A stretch of 64,000 bases of DNA from Camelus dromedarius (Eukaryota). Numbering within the stretch: the first letter of the stretch is position 1; every line of letters begins with the position of its first letter. The stretch is from assembly GCF_036321535.1 (NCBI RefSeq), contig NC_087437.1, positions 97,466,001-97,530,000 on the forward strand. The letters run 5' to 3'. Made by a program: the position numbers and the translations under genes. The notes beneath the pieces are model-generated. The model was not told the DNA's origin, ran no database searches, and was given only the letters and a program-made list of their open reading frames with translations. Positions 52,033-64,000 of this stretch are shown piece by piece.

Positions 52033-53295
52033 TTAGCTTGGGTGAAGAAAAGAACGTAGTGGCTGTAGCCTCAGTTAACCTTTGCCAGTCACTAAAATCT
52101 GTAGTTGATTTTAATTTTTATTAGGAAAAGAAACTGTGTTCTATGTGCATGTGTATTCCCCTGCATTTAAGTTTTTTTGTTCTTGAGGTTTTCTCTAATC
52201 TTTCCTTTCTGTTTTTCTGGTGTGTGAGTGCTTTTTTGGTGGGTGGAGGGAAGTTTGGGAGAAATGAGAATGAGGCCTATCAAAAAGGGAAACTAAAGCT
52301 CCAGCAGCCTCAGCTTTGGGGTTTTTTCCCAATGGAAAATTTCTGCAGAGTGGCTGAGAGGAGTGGGGCATACCTGAAGTGTTCATTTCTGCTTCTGCAG
52401 TGTACTTAAATTCTCATTTTCATCCAGTTCTATGGTAGATATTCAAGCATAGGAAAGTAGTAAAATAGTGAGTTATCTATTATTATTACCATTTATTAAT
52501 CACTTAACTTTGTGAGGTTGAACTAAGCTCCTAGTAAGAAGTACTACTCTTCCAAATATCTCTTTATTAAGATACAGTTGTTCAATTTACAGAGAAAACA
52601 CATTCAGACAGGTTCACTTACAGACATTCATTTATCTACCAAGAAGCAAAGCTGAGATAAAATCTAAGTACCCACATTATGCTTTGGAAACAGACATTAG
52701 TTTCCATCTGAGTAACATCTGCCTAAGAAAGAATGTAGTTTGTACATGTTTTATAGTACACATACATGTATATGCACATGCATATATTTTATTTCATAAA
52801 AAGAATAAAACTCACATTTTTAACAATTCTCATGAATTTGACTTAAAGTGCTTTGAAAGGGATTGCTAATGCACTTTGTTTTCTTGCCAAAGAGTTCTAA
52901 AAAGGCTTTCTTTTTTTTAAAGATAAACCATAAATTTCAATTAATTGCTACTTATTCCATAAACAAGCCAGTCTCTCCAGCACTGGAGAGTATTTTTTAA
53001 AAAGAATATGAATAGGAAAAACTGTAGTATCATTTCATGTGATACTGACAAAAGCAAAGGATTAGAAATATTCTCTCAGGATGCCTTAAATATGGCAATT
53101 CTAGTACTCCAAAGGGAAAAAAAGTGACCTATTTTCTCTGCTTTGTTTGCATAAAGAGTTATATACTTTACCTACATATCCTTGGAATATTTAGATCTAG
53201 TCTAGATGGTTAAAACCAAAATTTAACAGATAATATGCCCCTCAAATAGGTGAAAATAATGAAAATAAAGACTGACATTCCACCTTAAAACTTAC

Positions 53296-53316
53296 CTTCA
53301 CTTACGAATGTGACAT
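53296..53316 (-). CDS. Candidate microexon (21 nt, or 11 nt via an internal donor) of an unidentified gene
   Basis: Acceptor tctgtctgcttgctctgtattcag|ATGTCACATTC|GTAAGTGAAG|gtaagt: two GTAAGT donors 10 nt apart and TGC motifs in the pyrimidine tract; repeat-free context. Confidence 0.5.
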
Positions 53317-56300
53317 CTGAATACAGAGCAAGCAGACAGATGATGATAAACTCTGTGAGCAACTACTCAGAGCAATTTTAGGCTAAGTGGATTAGCAAAC
53401 AGGGTAGATCTGAAACCCCCAAATGACAGAAATTAGCATCTTTCGCAGATATAAAAAACGAGAATATAATACATTCCTTAGGAAAGTGAGCCCCACCACA
53501 ACGGCTAAGATACTGGTTTTTGTAAACAATCAGGTCCAGGTCTCCCTTCCACCTGATGGCCCTACAGAAGCTGGTTTTATAGAGTATCAGAAACAAGCAT
53601 ATTTGAATTTTACATCAGGGCTGAGTGGTAAATGTTTTTGAGGCCTTACTATGTTAGGATATTTGACAGCAACCGGTCAAAGTTAAGTGTCCATACCAAA
53701 AATAAACCCCATTTTCTCATGGTCAGTGTGCACTGGGCCTGCAGTCTAGAAAGCGTACTTTCATCAGCATCCCGGCTGAGGCTGCCAACCCCAATGAGAA
53801 TGGCTTGTCCTTATTAAATTGCTGTCAGATGACAGCTAGGTCACTTCCTTGCCTCAGGTTAGATTTTATCTCATCCTAAGCATGAGAAACAAACATATGT
53901 CATGTTTTCATATCAAAGAGAAACCATTTCAACATTATGTCTATACAAAAATCAAGTTATATCACCTCATTCTAGTGCACTCCTGATGTGAAATATTTAA
54001 GGGCAACAGATAGGAACTTATTAGCCCTACTTCCATTCTTCTATCTTCCTGATGACAATGTTTTTAGTGAAGCCAATTTTCAGGACTTTTTGTGGAAATT
54101 TTCATTTATGGTTATTCCTTTCTTTATAATTTGAGCACCCTTGGTCAGACCTTACTTTAAAACTGACTTTAGATCAACTACTATTTTACCATAAACTCTT
54201 CAAGGTTTCATTTTATTGAACATGATTCCCCAAACTAAATTTCTAATTATAGTGGAGCTTCATCACATAAGAATTTTAAGATAAAAATTTCATTTGTAGA
54301 ATAAAATTATTTAAAATAAAATGAACAAGGCTCTATTTTGAATATGAAATGTGAAGATAAAATAGCTTCTCTCTAAAATAACACACAGAAAGTTATTTCA
54401 GAATATGTTGTCCACTCCAATGATGCTTTTCTAACCCTTTAATATTATATTACACTGGTTAAGAGACTAAACAAACCAGTAACATTACTACTGAATCAAA
54501 CACTAGGATTTTATCCTGCAAAGATGTGTAATATCCTCCAAATACATTCAAATTTATTTCTATAAAATGACTTCATGGTATAAGTAACGGGACAATTTTA
54601 CAATACCAACTCGGCCTCATTAACAAAAGAAAATGACCTAACTCAACAACCAATAATGAAAATACAAATTGTTATGATACTGTATCTATTAAACTCTATC
54701 GTATGAATATTACATTGATTTTTATTGTCTTTTATTTCAAAGAAAATCTCTTTATTCTTTCTCCTACAAATCCACTTTCTTGATTATTTCTGTTATCCTA
54801 CTGTTTTTTTTATATTTCAAAATCAGGCTACTTTAATATTTACCCATTTTGTTATCCTTATATCTAAAAGTATCTTTAAATTTTAGTGCTTCATAACCTG
54901 GTGAGTTTCCTAGTCACTCATCTGTATAGTACTCCTATTATTTTTATAATAATGACTCAGGAAAAATACTACTCAAACCGTATGAAGTGGTTTGATTTAA
55001 ACTTCAAGAAGGATCCTATCACTGAAAATCCATTAAGGTTTTAAAATAGATTATTAAACTTACAGAAGACTTCAGGGTATCCTAATTCCTTGTAGCATGT
55101 TTTGCTTTTCTATACATAAATAAAAATACTTAAAATGCAATCACTTCCTTCATGAACTTGATAAATTATTTAAGTTGCCATTCCTACTGTGTTTGTTATG
55201 TACCACAGAAAATTACGTCTTTTGGGTGCTCGACAATAAGTACAATAAAAACAAACAAAATTCACTTTGCACCACCAGCAAGTAAAACATGGTGGTACCC
55301 AGGCATGGCCAGAATTAACAGAGAAATATTGGCTTAGTGGAAATATAGTCAATACTCCAACTTCATGATAAATTCAACCTAGACGTCAGAGCTTACAAAA
55401 AAGACCAAAACAACAGTTATAATTTACCAAGGCTGGTTTGACAGTACAACAGTTAAAGTCACCCAAGTTGTAAAAAGACAATGTATGGCATCTCTTTAAT
55501 TAGAGTTTAAATCTGCTCATCTTGATGCAGTAATAAACTGAGAAACGCCAGGTTATACGCCCTTATGGAAGACAGCGACTGTACATAATACATGTGGCCC
55601 TTTTCAATTCAAGGCCTGATTTTTGGCTCCTGCTTCTGAAACACAATGTTTCATTTTAATGAAAAATACATTACTGCAGCAAGATAAGGTCATCAGCTGT
55701 TAAGTGTAATGCAATTTCTGTAATAAAATTAATTTTATAGCCTGCATAAAAGACTTTATGTGGGTTAAATACTTTTAATTACTAGCTAAATTTTGTTCCT
55801 TAGGATGCATAAATGAAGCACCTCCACCCTCCATAAAAAGAATGCATATACTGTAAAATGTCAGTAGGATTCTTTACGGTTTCAGTTCGCATTATCCTAA
55901 AATGCCAGCCATAGTCAACTGTGGGCTAACATGGTCTTTTTCGGTTGCAGGGACAGAGGATTTATTTGCTGGAGTGTTAAGACGAAAAACAGTTGTGCCG
56001 GTGAAAGCCTGTGCAATTCCCTCATAAGGCAATTATTTTTGGATAGAAATTCAGACCAAAAAATCTGGTACAGGAGTATGACTTCTAGACCCCAAGTTTA
56101 GTCATTTGGCAAATGGACACATTTGATCTCAGATGGAGGCTGACTAGGAGTAAAGGGGCTGCAAATCACACCTATAACCCACATTGGAGAAGTATCTCAA
56201 TGCAAGAAACACTGAAGTCACATAAAAAGGACAACATACTCTTGGTGAAATTTACATATAAACATTAATTCAATAACCTCCTCGCTCTGTGAAAGGTGTT

Positions 56301-56349
56301 CAATCTGAAGTATTTCTGAAAACAATTTCTTAGGTGGTAAAGGATCTGG

Positions 56350-56590
56350 AATTGGCACAGAATTTAAAAGAGGACAGCTTTGGAACTGAATCCCCTCAGC
56401 TCTGCTTTCCGCTAGTCATACAAAATCCAGGACACGTTGTTTAACGCCTCTGATCCTGTTTTCTCACGTGCTCTTTAAATAAGGATAAGAATAGTTGCCA
56501 CACAATGTTATTACCGCACTTAAACAACACAACAACAGTTCCTGGCATTAGGCCTAGCTTTTACAGGTATGAAATAAATGTTACTTTTCT
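56350..56590 (+). mobile_element. MIR SINE
   Basis: tttaacgcctctgatcctgttttctcac...aaggataagaatag...aacagttcctggca...aataaatgttac. Confidence 0.6.
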
Positions 56591-59500
56591 TTCTGATTTT
56601 ATGACCTTTCCGTGGGCTCAGGGGGAGCCAGTGAGGGCAGAGTTGTGACCAGATACTGTTTTGTAACCATAATTGTGATAATGTACAGAATCACTGAAGT
56701 GACGGGAGTGGTGCCTGGTTAAAAAATATCACTCTATTATATGAAATGTTATGTTTCATTCATTCTTAGATACTTGTTACATCTAAGGTAGCAATCCTGG
56801 CAGGAAAATAGGAAGTGTCCTCTAGAGATCTGTTTGTGAACTGCTCCTCACTTGACTCTGCACAGTAGTTAAAAGAAGCAGAGGGGCAGCATTCAGGGAC
56901 GCCGACTTGTGTAGATAACACTTAGATATTCTCCACCCCCAATCACGTTGCATCCAGTCTGCAGATACCACCACTTCCCCTGGTTCTCTGATAGTAAATC
57001 TACATTCTTCTTTCTGTCCTGGCCAAAACCAGCCACAGGAGCTACTCATCTTTGATACTGGATGAACCACCAAGAGGCGGCACTGGCTCAGAGGGCAGGC
57101 ATGACACAGTCACATACCCGCAGAGCATGATTCTATCAGGTTGGGGTCAAGATACCACAGAGGGAAAATATGCCATTTCAATGAAGAATTCTCAAGGATA
57201 AGCACGACCAAGCTCATAAATTAGCACTTCTGTCTGAATCTCTTCTACATCTGGCTCATATTCACCCCCTCTGGTTTAGATCCCGCCTCCTAAATATATT
57301 TTAATGGATATGCAAAACTTACCACATAACAATTGTTACCTATATAGAACTGCCAGCATTTCATTAACCTTTGCTTAAAGAGTAATTGGGGGGGGTGAAT
57401 CTTACAGGTGCTACCTTATCATTTAGTTGATCTTCAACTTATTTTTGTATTTTCTTAATATATGACTTAAAGCGCTATGCCTGAAGCAGAAAATCATTTT
57501 CCATAAAAAAAGTAGCAAATTTGAGATATTTGCCTTTGTGTATTATTTATATTGACTAATTCACTAGGAACTCATATTCTACTAGATCTCATATTTCCAC
57601 CAGATTAATAACAGGTATTTAACCTAATACATCAGTACATCTCATTTAATTAGCACTTTAACTTCATTATATTGTCTGATTTTCACTCACAATCATCTAT
57701 TTTTCCTGACATTAGATTCAGGGAGAAGGTATGCTCTTGCACTTCTGTTCTCTTTTCCAATGTTTTCGGTCACTCCTCTTAAGGAGGGAGGAAATACTAA
57801 TCAGATTTGTTAATATGTTACCACTACATTGGCTCCATTAATTAGAGGCAGGTTCATTGCATATTAAAAAACCATGAGCAGCCACAGGGCTCTCCATCTC
57901 TCTTGGTCCCCCTACTCGCCCACAGAGAGTAAGGAGCTCTCCATGGCTCACTCTTTCTCAGTGCAGCAGAGCTGAAATATTGAGTCAGAGCCTGATTTCT
58001 CTCAACAACACCTGCCGACTTAGAAGGATTTAAAAAAAAAAAATGCCCTATTTATGGGCTTTGAGTCTCAGCTTCACTTGTCCACCTGTCTTCATCAGAG
58101 AGACCATATTGGAGAGCCAGCTCAAGGCAATGCCCTCCACTAGAAATGCTTTTAAAAGGGAAATTCCATTCACATTTGTCAGGACACTGTTTATCTCTCT
58201 AGTTGAACCTAGGTAACTTATTTTTAGACAGTAATAACAAACAAGTGCTTTTAATTTTCTGACTAGCAGGACTGTTAATATTAATTCAAGGCTCACCTAT
58301 AACAACTAATATCCCAGATGCCTTTAACTAGGCTCCATTTTAATTGAGTATTTTTCAGTTTTTACATTATTGTCCTCTTTCTGTTGTGTTTAATTTTGTT
58401 AATTTAACATTTTAATGAAGAATAATATTTATACTAAAAGGTTTCCAGGTCAATTAGACTTAATGTTTTAATGTCTCTAAAGTTTAGAAAACATTAAAGG
58501 CATGCATACAAAATAAAGTTGCTAGGCTTTGAATCAAGGAGAGCAACCTCCTCTACATCTGAGTAAAGGTGTTACAGCAGGAAGCAGATCAGTCCTCTCA
58601 CCCTGGTCCCAAGAGTTCAGTGCCTGAGGGAAGAATGAGGAAAACAAAATAAAACAAAATACCAAAATAGTGGTTTACTAAGGAACACTGAAAAATGGCT
58701 GTATCAGACTATAAGAATGTTTTATATACATAACATAACTAGTCCTGGGATGTAGATTTTATTATTAATTTCAGGAGACAAATGAGGAAACTGAGATCTG
58801 AGTAGGTGAAGAGACAGTTGTCAATTCTCTGCATCTTAGTTCTAGTTGCCTCTGAGGCCTGCCCACATTCTGACACCGAGGATCCATGAAACACTGCTTG
58901 AGACCACTGACCACTGACCATCTGTCACCTTTTATGTTTTCTTAGATCTTTACCAGTGAGGGTCTTAATAAATATTTGGTTGAATTATATTGGTTTCATT
59001 TTAAGAATAGTGTATGACATTAAAGAGCATTATTTCTGAATTACAGCTTACACCATACTATGAAGTGTTGTGATACTCGGAGAGCTGGTAGGACAAAAGG
59101 TCTTAAAAAATCTTTCATTCAGTCTAGAATTATGTGTACACATTTAAAGGAATTCTACAGAATTTCAAGGTTATGATCCAACTTTCTAGGCTGTCTTTCT
59201 GTATTAATAAAAATGATCTAGGAATATAAATAAAGGAAACATCTTATTGAATGAACTGGTCAATATATCTCTAAGTTTTGTTTTTTATTCATCCTAAAAT
59301 TAAAAAAATTAACTGAGAAATGCAATACTAGCTACCCTTTGAAATATTGCTCTACAAAATAGGGACAAAATCATGAAAAATTTCTACACAATGTTTTAAA
59401 TCTCTTCTCCTTTAAGAACTAAGAATTTGATGTTCCTCAAAGGGGAAAAAAATCCAAAAAAGTTTTTTTTTTGGGGGGGGGAAGACTATTATCCAGCCTC

Positions 59501-61154
59501 AGAGATAGATTTAAAAGCCAAAAACAAAAACAAGAACTTTCCTAGATTGTAATGTTACAGAGCAAACCAATCTTCAAATACACCAGAACAACTCTAGAAT
59601 GCTAAAACATGATGTGTGTCTACAAACCACAAGTGATTTGAGAAATATCAGTATTTTTTTATGTCCTAAACCACTGGCTTATAAAGTACAAAAGGATGTG
59701 CCACAATGCAGATTTGAGAATCTATATTGTAGAGATGACTATTAATAGGCTTTTTTTTTTTTAACATTGGAGTGTGTTCTCCAAGATAGCTTTTTTTTTT
59801 TTTTTGCTATATAGAGGAGAAAATTTACAAAGCAAGACTAAACTACCAGAAAGAGGCATCAGTTTGACATTAAGATTCTATAAATCTACATGTGTTTCTA
59901 TTTTTTAAAATCAGCATTATCAATAAAAATTATAATCATTACATGCATTGGGTTTCATTAATCCTTTCTGTTTTCTTTGAGACTTGTCAATTATTATCTG
60001 TGTCCCTCTTAGCAAGTTTAAATGGCAACATCATTCCTTAAGTTATCTATGATCTCAAAAAATTCCATTAGAAAATGAGCAAATTGCTCACAAGGCTTAT
60101 ATAAATCAAAGCAAGAACTTGCATTTAAAGAACATGAAATCTGACTAAAACAAGAAATACTTAAAAATATGAATATATCCTAACTGTCACAAAGCACATA
60201 AACCCAGTTGAAATATAAATTAAAAACGGCAATTACATAGCATGAAGCCAGATAACCTTACTAGTTCATAATATTTTATACTTAATATAATATATTATAA
60301 ATGAGATAGTTACTAATGAGATAATGGCTTTTATAGGAAACTTGGTAGTAATTCAGTAGGATGTCAAAGCAGCAAAGAGGTCAAATTAATTTCTAAGTTC
60401 TCCCATTTATCTTTGAAGATGATGTGAGGAATTCCAATTGCAAAAGTGTTTTATGAGAAACTAAAGAACAATTTTGGAAAACATGAGATCTTAAGGGAGT
60501 ATTCATGATGAAGCAATTGAGATAAACAATCATAGTGAGTTACTAGAACCAGCTGATGTTTATCTGAAGCTTTTTGAATAGGTTAAATTATCAGCTTAAG
60601 TAAATTATATGTCCTAAAATGCAAATATGAATGAAAACCAGTCAAATGTTATGACCAAATTAAAATGTTTAGCAATCTAGAAATTATGAACCATAAACTG
60701 TTACCTTTGACCCAGGGAATGCAACACTTAACTGATGGATTTTAAAAACTGGGTGGCTAATGAGATACTTATAAAGTTTCCTTTTGCAGAAGTCATTTAT
60801 TTTTTGTGACATTAGGATTCCCAAAGCATTCCAAATCCCAGTAAAGCAGTAGCCCTCTTCTCTCGAAATTCAGTTAAACTTTTCTTAGCTAATGCCTCTG
60901 AATTTGTCCCTTGTTCTTGATCAAAAGCCCACTATTGAAAATCAACCACAGGAATAAGTTTCTCTCAAGATTTTAGTAAAATTTGTTTAGGATGTTTGTA
61001 ATGATCATAAAGGACATAGTGGAGATACTTTTCATAAGGTAGCATAACTTACAATTATTTAACACTCACCAAATTATAATAATCATCATTTTAGAAAGAG
61101 CTAGCAATAAATCTGCTATCTAGTCTCATCTGCTCTTGATTAAGACACTCAGAA

Positions 61155-62077
61155 GGTAGAAGACCATGACAATATTCCATTGAGGGCTGAGGGTGGTCTG
61201 GACAAATGTAGTATCAGTGTAAAATATTCTGATTTTATGTTCGATTTAAAAGGAGACTTGTAGGATTTCCTGATGGACTGAACATGGGACAAAAGAAAAA
61301 CAACAGTTAAGGGTGACTTCATGGGTTTTGATTTAAATAATTGAAGAATGAATTTATTTGCTGAGATGGTGGATGCATCAGGTTTGAGAGGGAAGATAGG
61401 AGAGTCAATTTGGCAAATAATAATGCTGAGTTGCTTATTTGATTTTAAGTGAAAATATCAACCAGGCAGTTGAATATGCACTCCTGGAGTTCAGCAGAGC
61501 AACGAAAACCGGGGACAAAACTTGGAAGGTAGTGGTATACGCACAGGAGATAAAGCATGAGATCAGTAAGGCATTGAGTTTGGGCAGAGGAAGCAGGGCT
61601 GGAATTTAGGTCTGTCACACTGCAATTCAGAAATCAGAATATGGGGAAATCAGCTAAGGAGTCAAAAAAGCAGCAGTTAATTAGGTAGGTAGAACCAGGA
61701 GTGCAGTATCCTGGAAACCAAGTGAAGAAAATGTTTCAAGGAGAAATGAATGATTACCCATGTCAAATGCTGAGAAAAGGTCTGAGCATTGAAGGATACA
61801 GAGGCCAATACTGTCCTTGGTAAAAACAAATTTTGTGAAGTAAGCAAAGGAGAAGGCATATTGAGGTAAAATCTCCAGAAAAAGGAAGCAGTATCTTGAG
61901 AGGGTGATTTGATCTGGAAAGACGTACTGCTTTCAGAGAAGAAGAATTATAGCATATTTCTATATAAAGAAAAGCATTAATTGGAAAGAAGAGAACTGTA
62001 GAAGAAATGGGAAAGTCAGTGGAACAATGTCCCTGAGTTTGGTGAGAGACCAAGGGTGGAGTCCACAAGTGGATGAC
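61155..62077 (-). mobile_element. L2 segment in reverse orientation (5' part of the adjacent L2)
   Basis: aggcagttgaatatgcactcctggagttcag; gaaccaggagtgcagtatcctggaaaccaagtgaagaaaatgtttcaagga; gtcaaatgctg. Confidence 0.8.
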
Positions 62078-62690
62078 TTGGGGTTTCCTTGGAACCCTCC
62101 CTGGACTCCCACAGCCTCTCCTCCAGAGCGGCCGGAGAGATTCTGCATCATATAAGCCAGATCATGATGCACGTCAAGTTAAAAACTCCCCCGTGACTGT
62201 CCATCTTACTCAAAGTAAAAGCCTGAGATGTTACAAAGACCTACAGAGAACTGTGTAATTTGGCCCCATTCTCTCTCTGCCTCCCTCTGCTCTCACTGTC
62301 CCGCTGGCTCACTAGAGCCCAGGCACACAGAACCCTTTGCCCTTCCTGGAACACATCAAGCCCCTGCAGCTTTTCTACCAACAACGTCTGTGCTCTTAAA
62401 CACTATGCTATGCTGCAGGGCTTGCCCTCTCTTTTCCTTTGGGTTTTTGCTAGAATGTCACCTGTATACAGTCTTCCCTGACCATACTATTTAAAACTGC
62501 TGCTGGTATCCCCCTACCCTCCATATATATTTTCCCCTTAGCGCTTATTATCTTTGTGACTCTCTTGTCACACTAGAAGGTTGGTTCTAGGAAGACAGTG
62601 CTTTTTGTCTATTGTTCATTGTTGTTTCTCCAGCACCTAAATCATTATCTGTCACATATTAGATGCTCACTATGTTCAATAAATAAATAA
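62078..62690 (+). mobile_element. L2 3' segment
   Basis: taagccagatcatg...aatgtcacc...cttccctgacca...cactagaagg...tgtctattgttcattgttgtttctccagcaccta...tagatgctca. Confidence 0.8.
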
Positions 62691-63214
62691 AGAAAATGTG
62701 ATAGTTTGGGGCTTAATCCTAAATGTCAACTGTTCACTCCTTTGAAAATTCTTACCTAAGTATAAAAATTCTAAAACATTCTGTGTGTAATAATAGTGCT
62801 TAAATAATATACTGTTATGTACATTTTAGAGTATTTTTTCCCACTTAGATTTCTCATATGACAGGATAAGGAGGACAAAATAAATTTTGGTAACAGGAAC
62901 ATTTGCAAAGCTCTACAAAAGTAAGATGCATCTCATAGCTTTGTAATAGGACAAAATCATGTCTTATAGAAGAGGCTTTTGCTGTAACACCAAGTACAAT
63001 TAAGCATTACAGGATAAGGAAGAATATTTTTAAAATCTCTTTTTTTGTACATTCTATGTATCCTGAACAGTAAACTACAGTAGTTTTCAATAATTTCAAG
63101 GCTCTGGTTTGCTCTATTGCTAGGAAAAGCAAAGTAACAAAGGCATTTCCTACCATGTTTTCCAAACATTTTGTCAAGCAAATTCCTCTTACTTTCTATT
63201 GCTATTTTGAACAA

Positions 63215-63470
63215 TAGCTACTATTTGTTGATATTTATTATACAGGTATTGTCCTCTGATCTTAATATCTAATAATTTAATCTCACAACAGACCTATGAA
63301 CTGTTTTGTACTATTCATTGTTCTCATTTTTCACAGAAGGGAACTTACTAAGAGACCATATAACTTAGACGACCTGCCTGTGATCACACTTCTGATTTGT
63401 GGTAGATCTAGGATTCATACCAAGAAGGCTGACTCCAGGATCCATGCCCTTAACCATTGTGCTCCACTGC
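63215..63470 (-). mobile_element. MIR SINE
   Basis: atttaatctcacaacagacctatga...ctcatttttcacagaagggaac...ctaggattcatacc...tgactccag...cttaaccattgtgct. Confidence 0.75.
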
Positions 63471-63563
63471 TCCCTTGGGCTTCCTGGTTCAGCCACCTTT
63501 AGGAGGTATCCTAGTGTCACCACTGAAGATATAAGCTGGAAATATCCATAAAAAGTAGACAAA

Positions 63564-63906
63564 GTGCTCAGTTCAAGCTGCAATAACAAATTACCACGGA
63601 CTGAGTGGCTTTTGACAACAGAAGTTTGTTTCTCACAGTTCTAGAGGGTGAAAGATCAGAGCTCCTGATCAGGTTCTGGTGAGAGCACACATCTGGGCTG
63701 CAGACTGTGTCCTCATGTGGCAGAAAAAGGGCCACAGAGCTCTCTGGGGTCTCTTTTATAAAGGCAATAATTCCTCATGGATTAGTGTAGACGTCTCCCT
63801 CATGACGGAATTACCTCCCAAAGACCCCATTTCCTAATACCATCACATTGGTGGATAAAATTTCAACACATGAATTTTGGGAAGACAGAAACTTTCAATC
63901 CATACA
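63564..63906 (-). mobile_element. MaLR solo LTR (MLT1A0-like)
   Basis: gctgcaataacaaattaccacggactgagtggc...acaacagaagtttgtttctcacagttctaga...cctcccaaagaccccatttcctaataccatcacattgg. Confidence 0.85.
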
Positions 63907-64000
63907 GGAAGTATCTTTTTTCGAAAGAGTTTGTGGAGAATACATTTTAAAGCAAAAAGATAGTAGAAAAGGTGTTGCTGGCCTCAAATATAAGCCACTA

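Noticed and set aside
56822..57073. 83-aa minus-strand ORF in a GC-richer patch
   Set aside because: No recognisable homology or splice borders; explained by base composition.
60705..60756. Possible short minus-strand exon (HPVFKIHQLSVAFPGSK, donor AAG|gtaaca)
   Set aside because: The acceptor lacks a good pyrimidine tract; consistent with chance.
1..64000. CRISPR arrays, operons or prokaryotic defence systems; a gene symbol for the host gene
   Set aside because: The sequence is mammalian with no regularly spaced repeats, and none of the candidate exon peptides matched a protein I recognise.

Overview
AT-rich, repeat-dense mammalian genomic DNA with no prokaryotic features, no CRISPR array and no recognisable rRNA or tRNA gene. 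A young L1 with a distinctive 3' UTR and a short tRNA-Ala-derived vic-1-type SINE suggest a camelid genome (inference from recalled repeat consensi). Much of the window is interspersed repeat: L1 (young and old), HAL1-like, L2, MIR, MLT1/MER68/MER41-like LTRs, and MER33, MER53 and Tigger2-derived DNA elements. The only long ORF (27079-28161) is the C-terminal part of L1 ORF2. No host gene could be named. Splice and polyA signals suggest the 3' end of an unidentified minus-strand gene: a microexon with tandem donors at 53.3 kb, candidate cassette exons at 37.3 and 30.8 kb, and a terminal exon/3' UTR at about 16.4-15.3 kb. On the plus strand (1.8-9.4 kb), several splice-bounded, stop-interrupted segments translate to coiled-coil-like peptide and may be a decayed gene. 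Other notable items are an L2 with an inverted 5' part that resembles twin priming, a duplicated AT palindrome beside a MITE, and several transcription-factor motif clusters. Repeat subfamily names and most repeat boundaries are approximate and assigned by eye.
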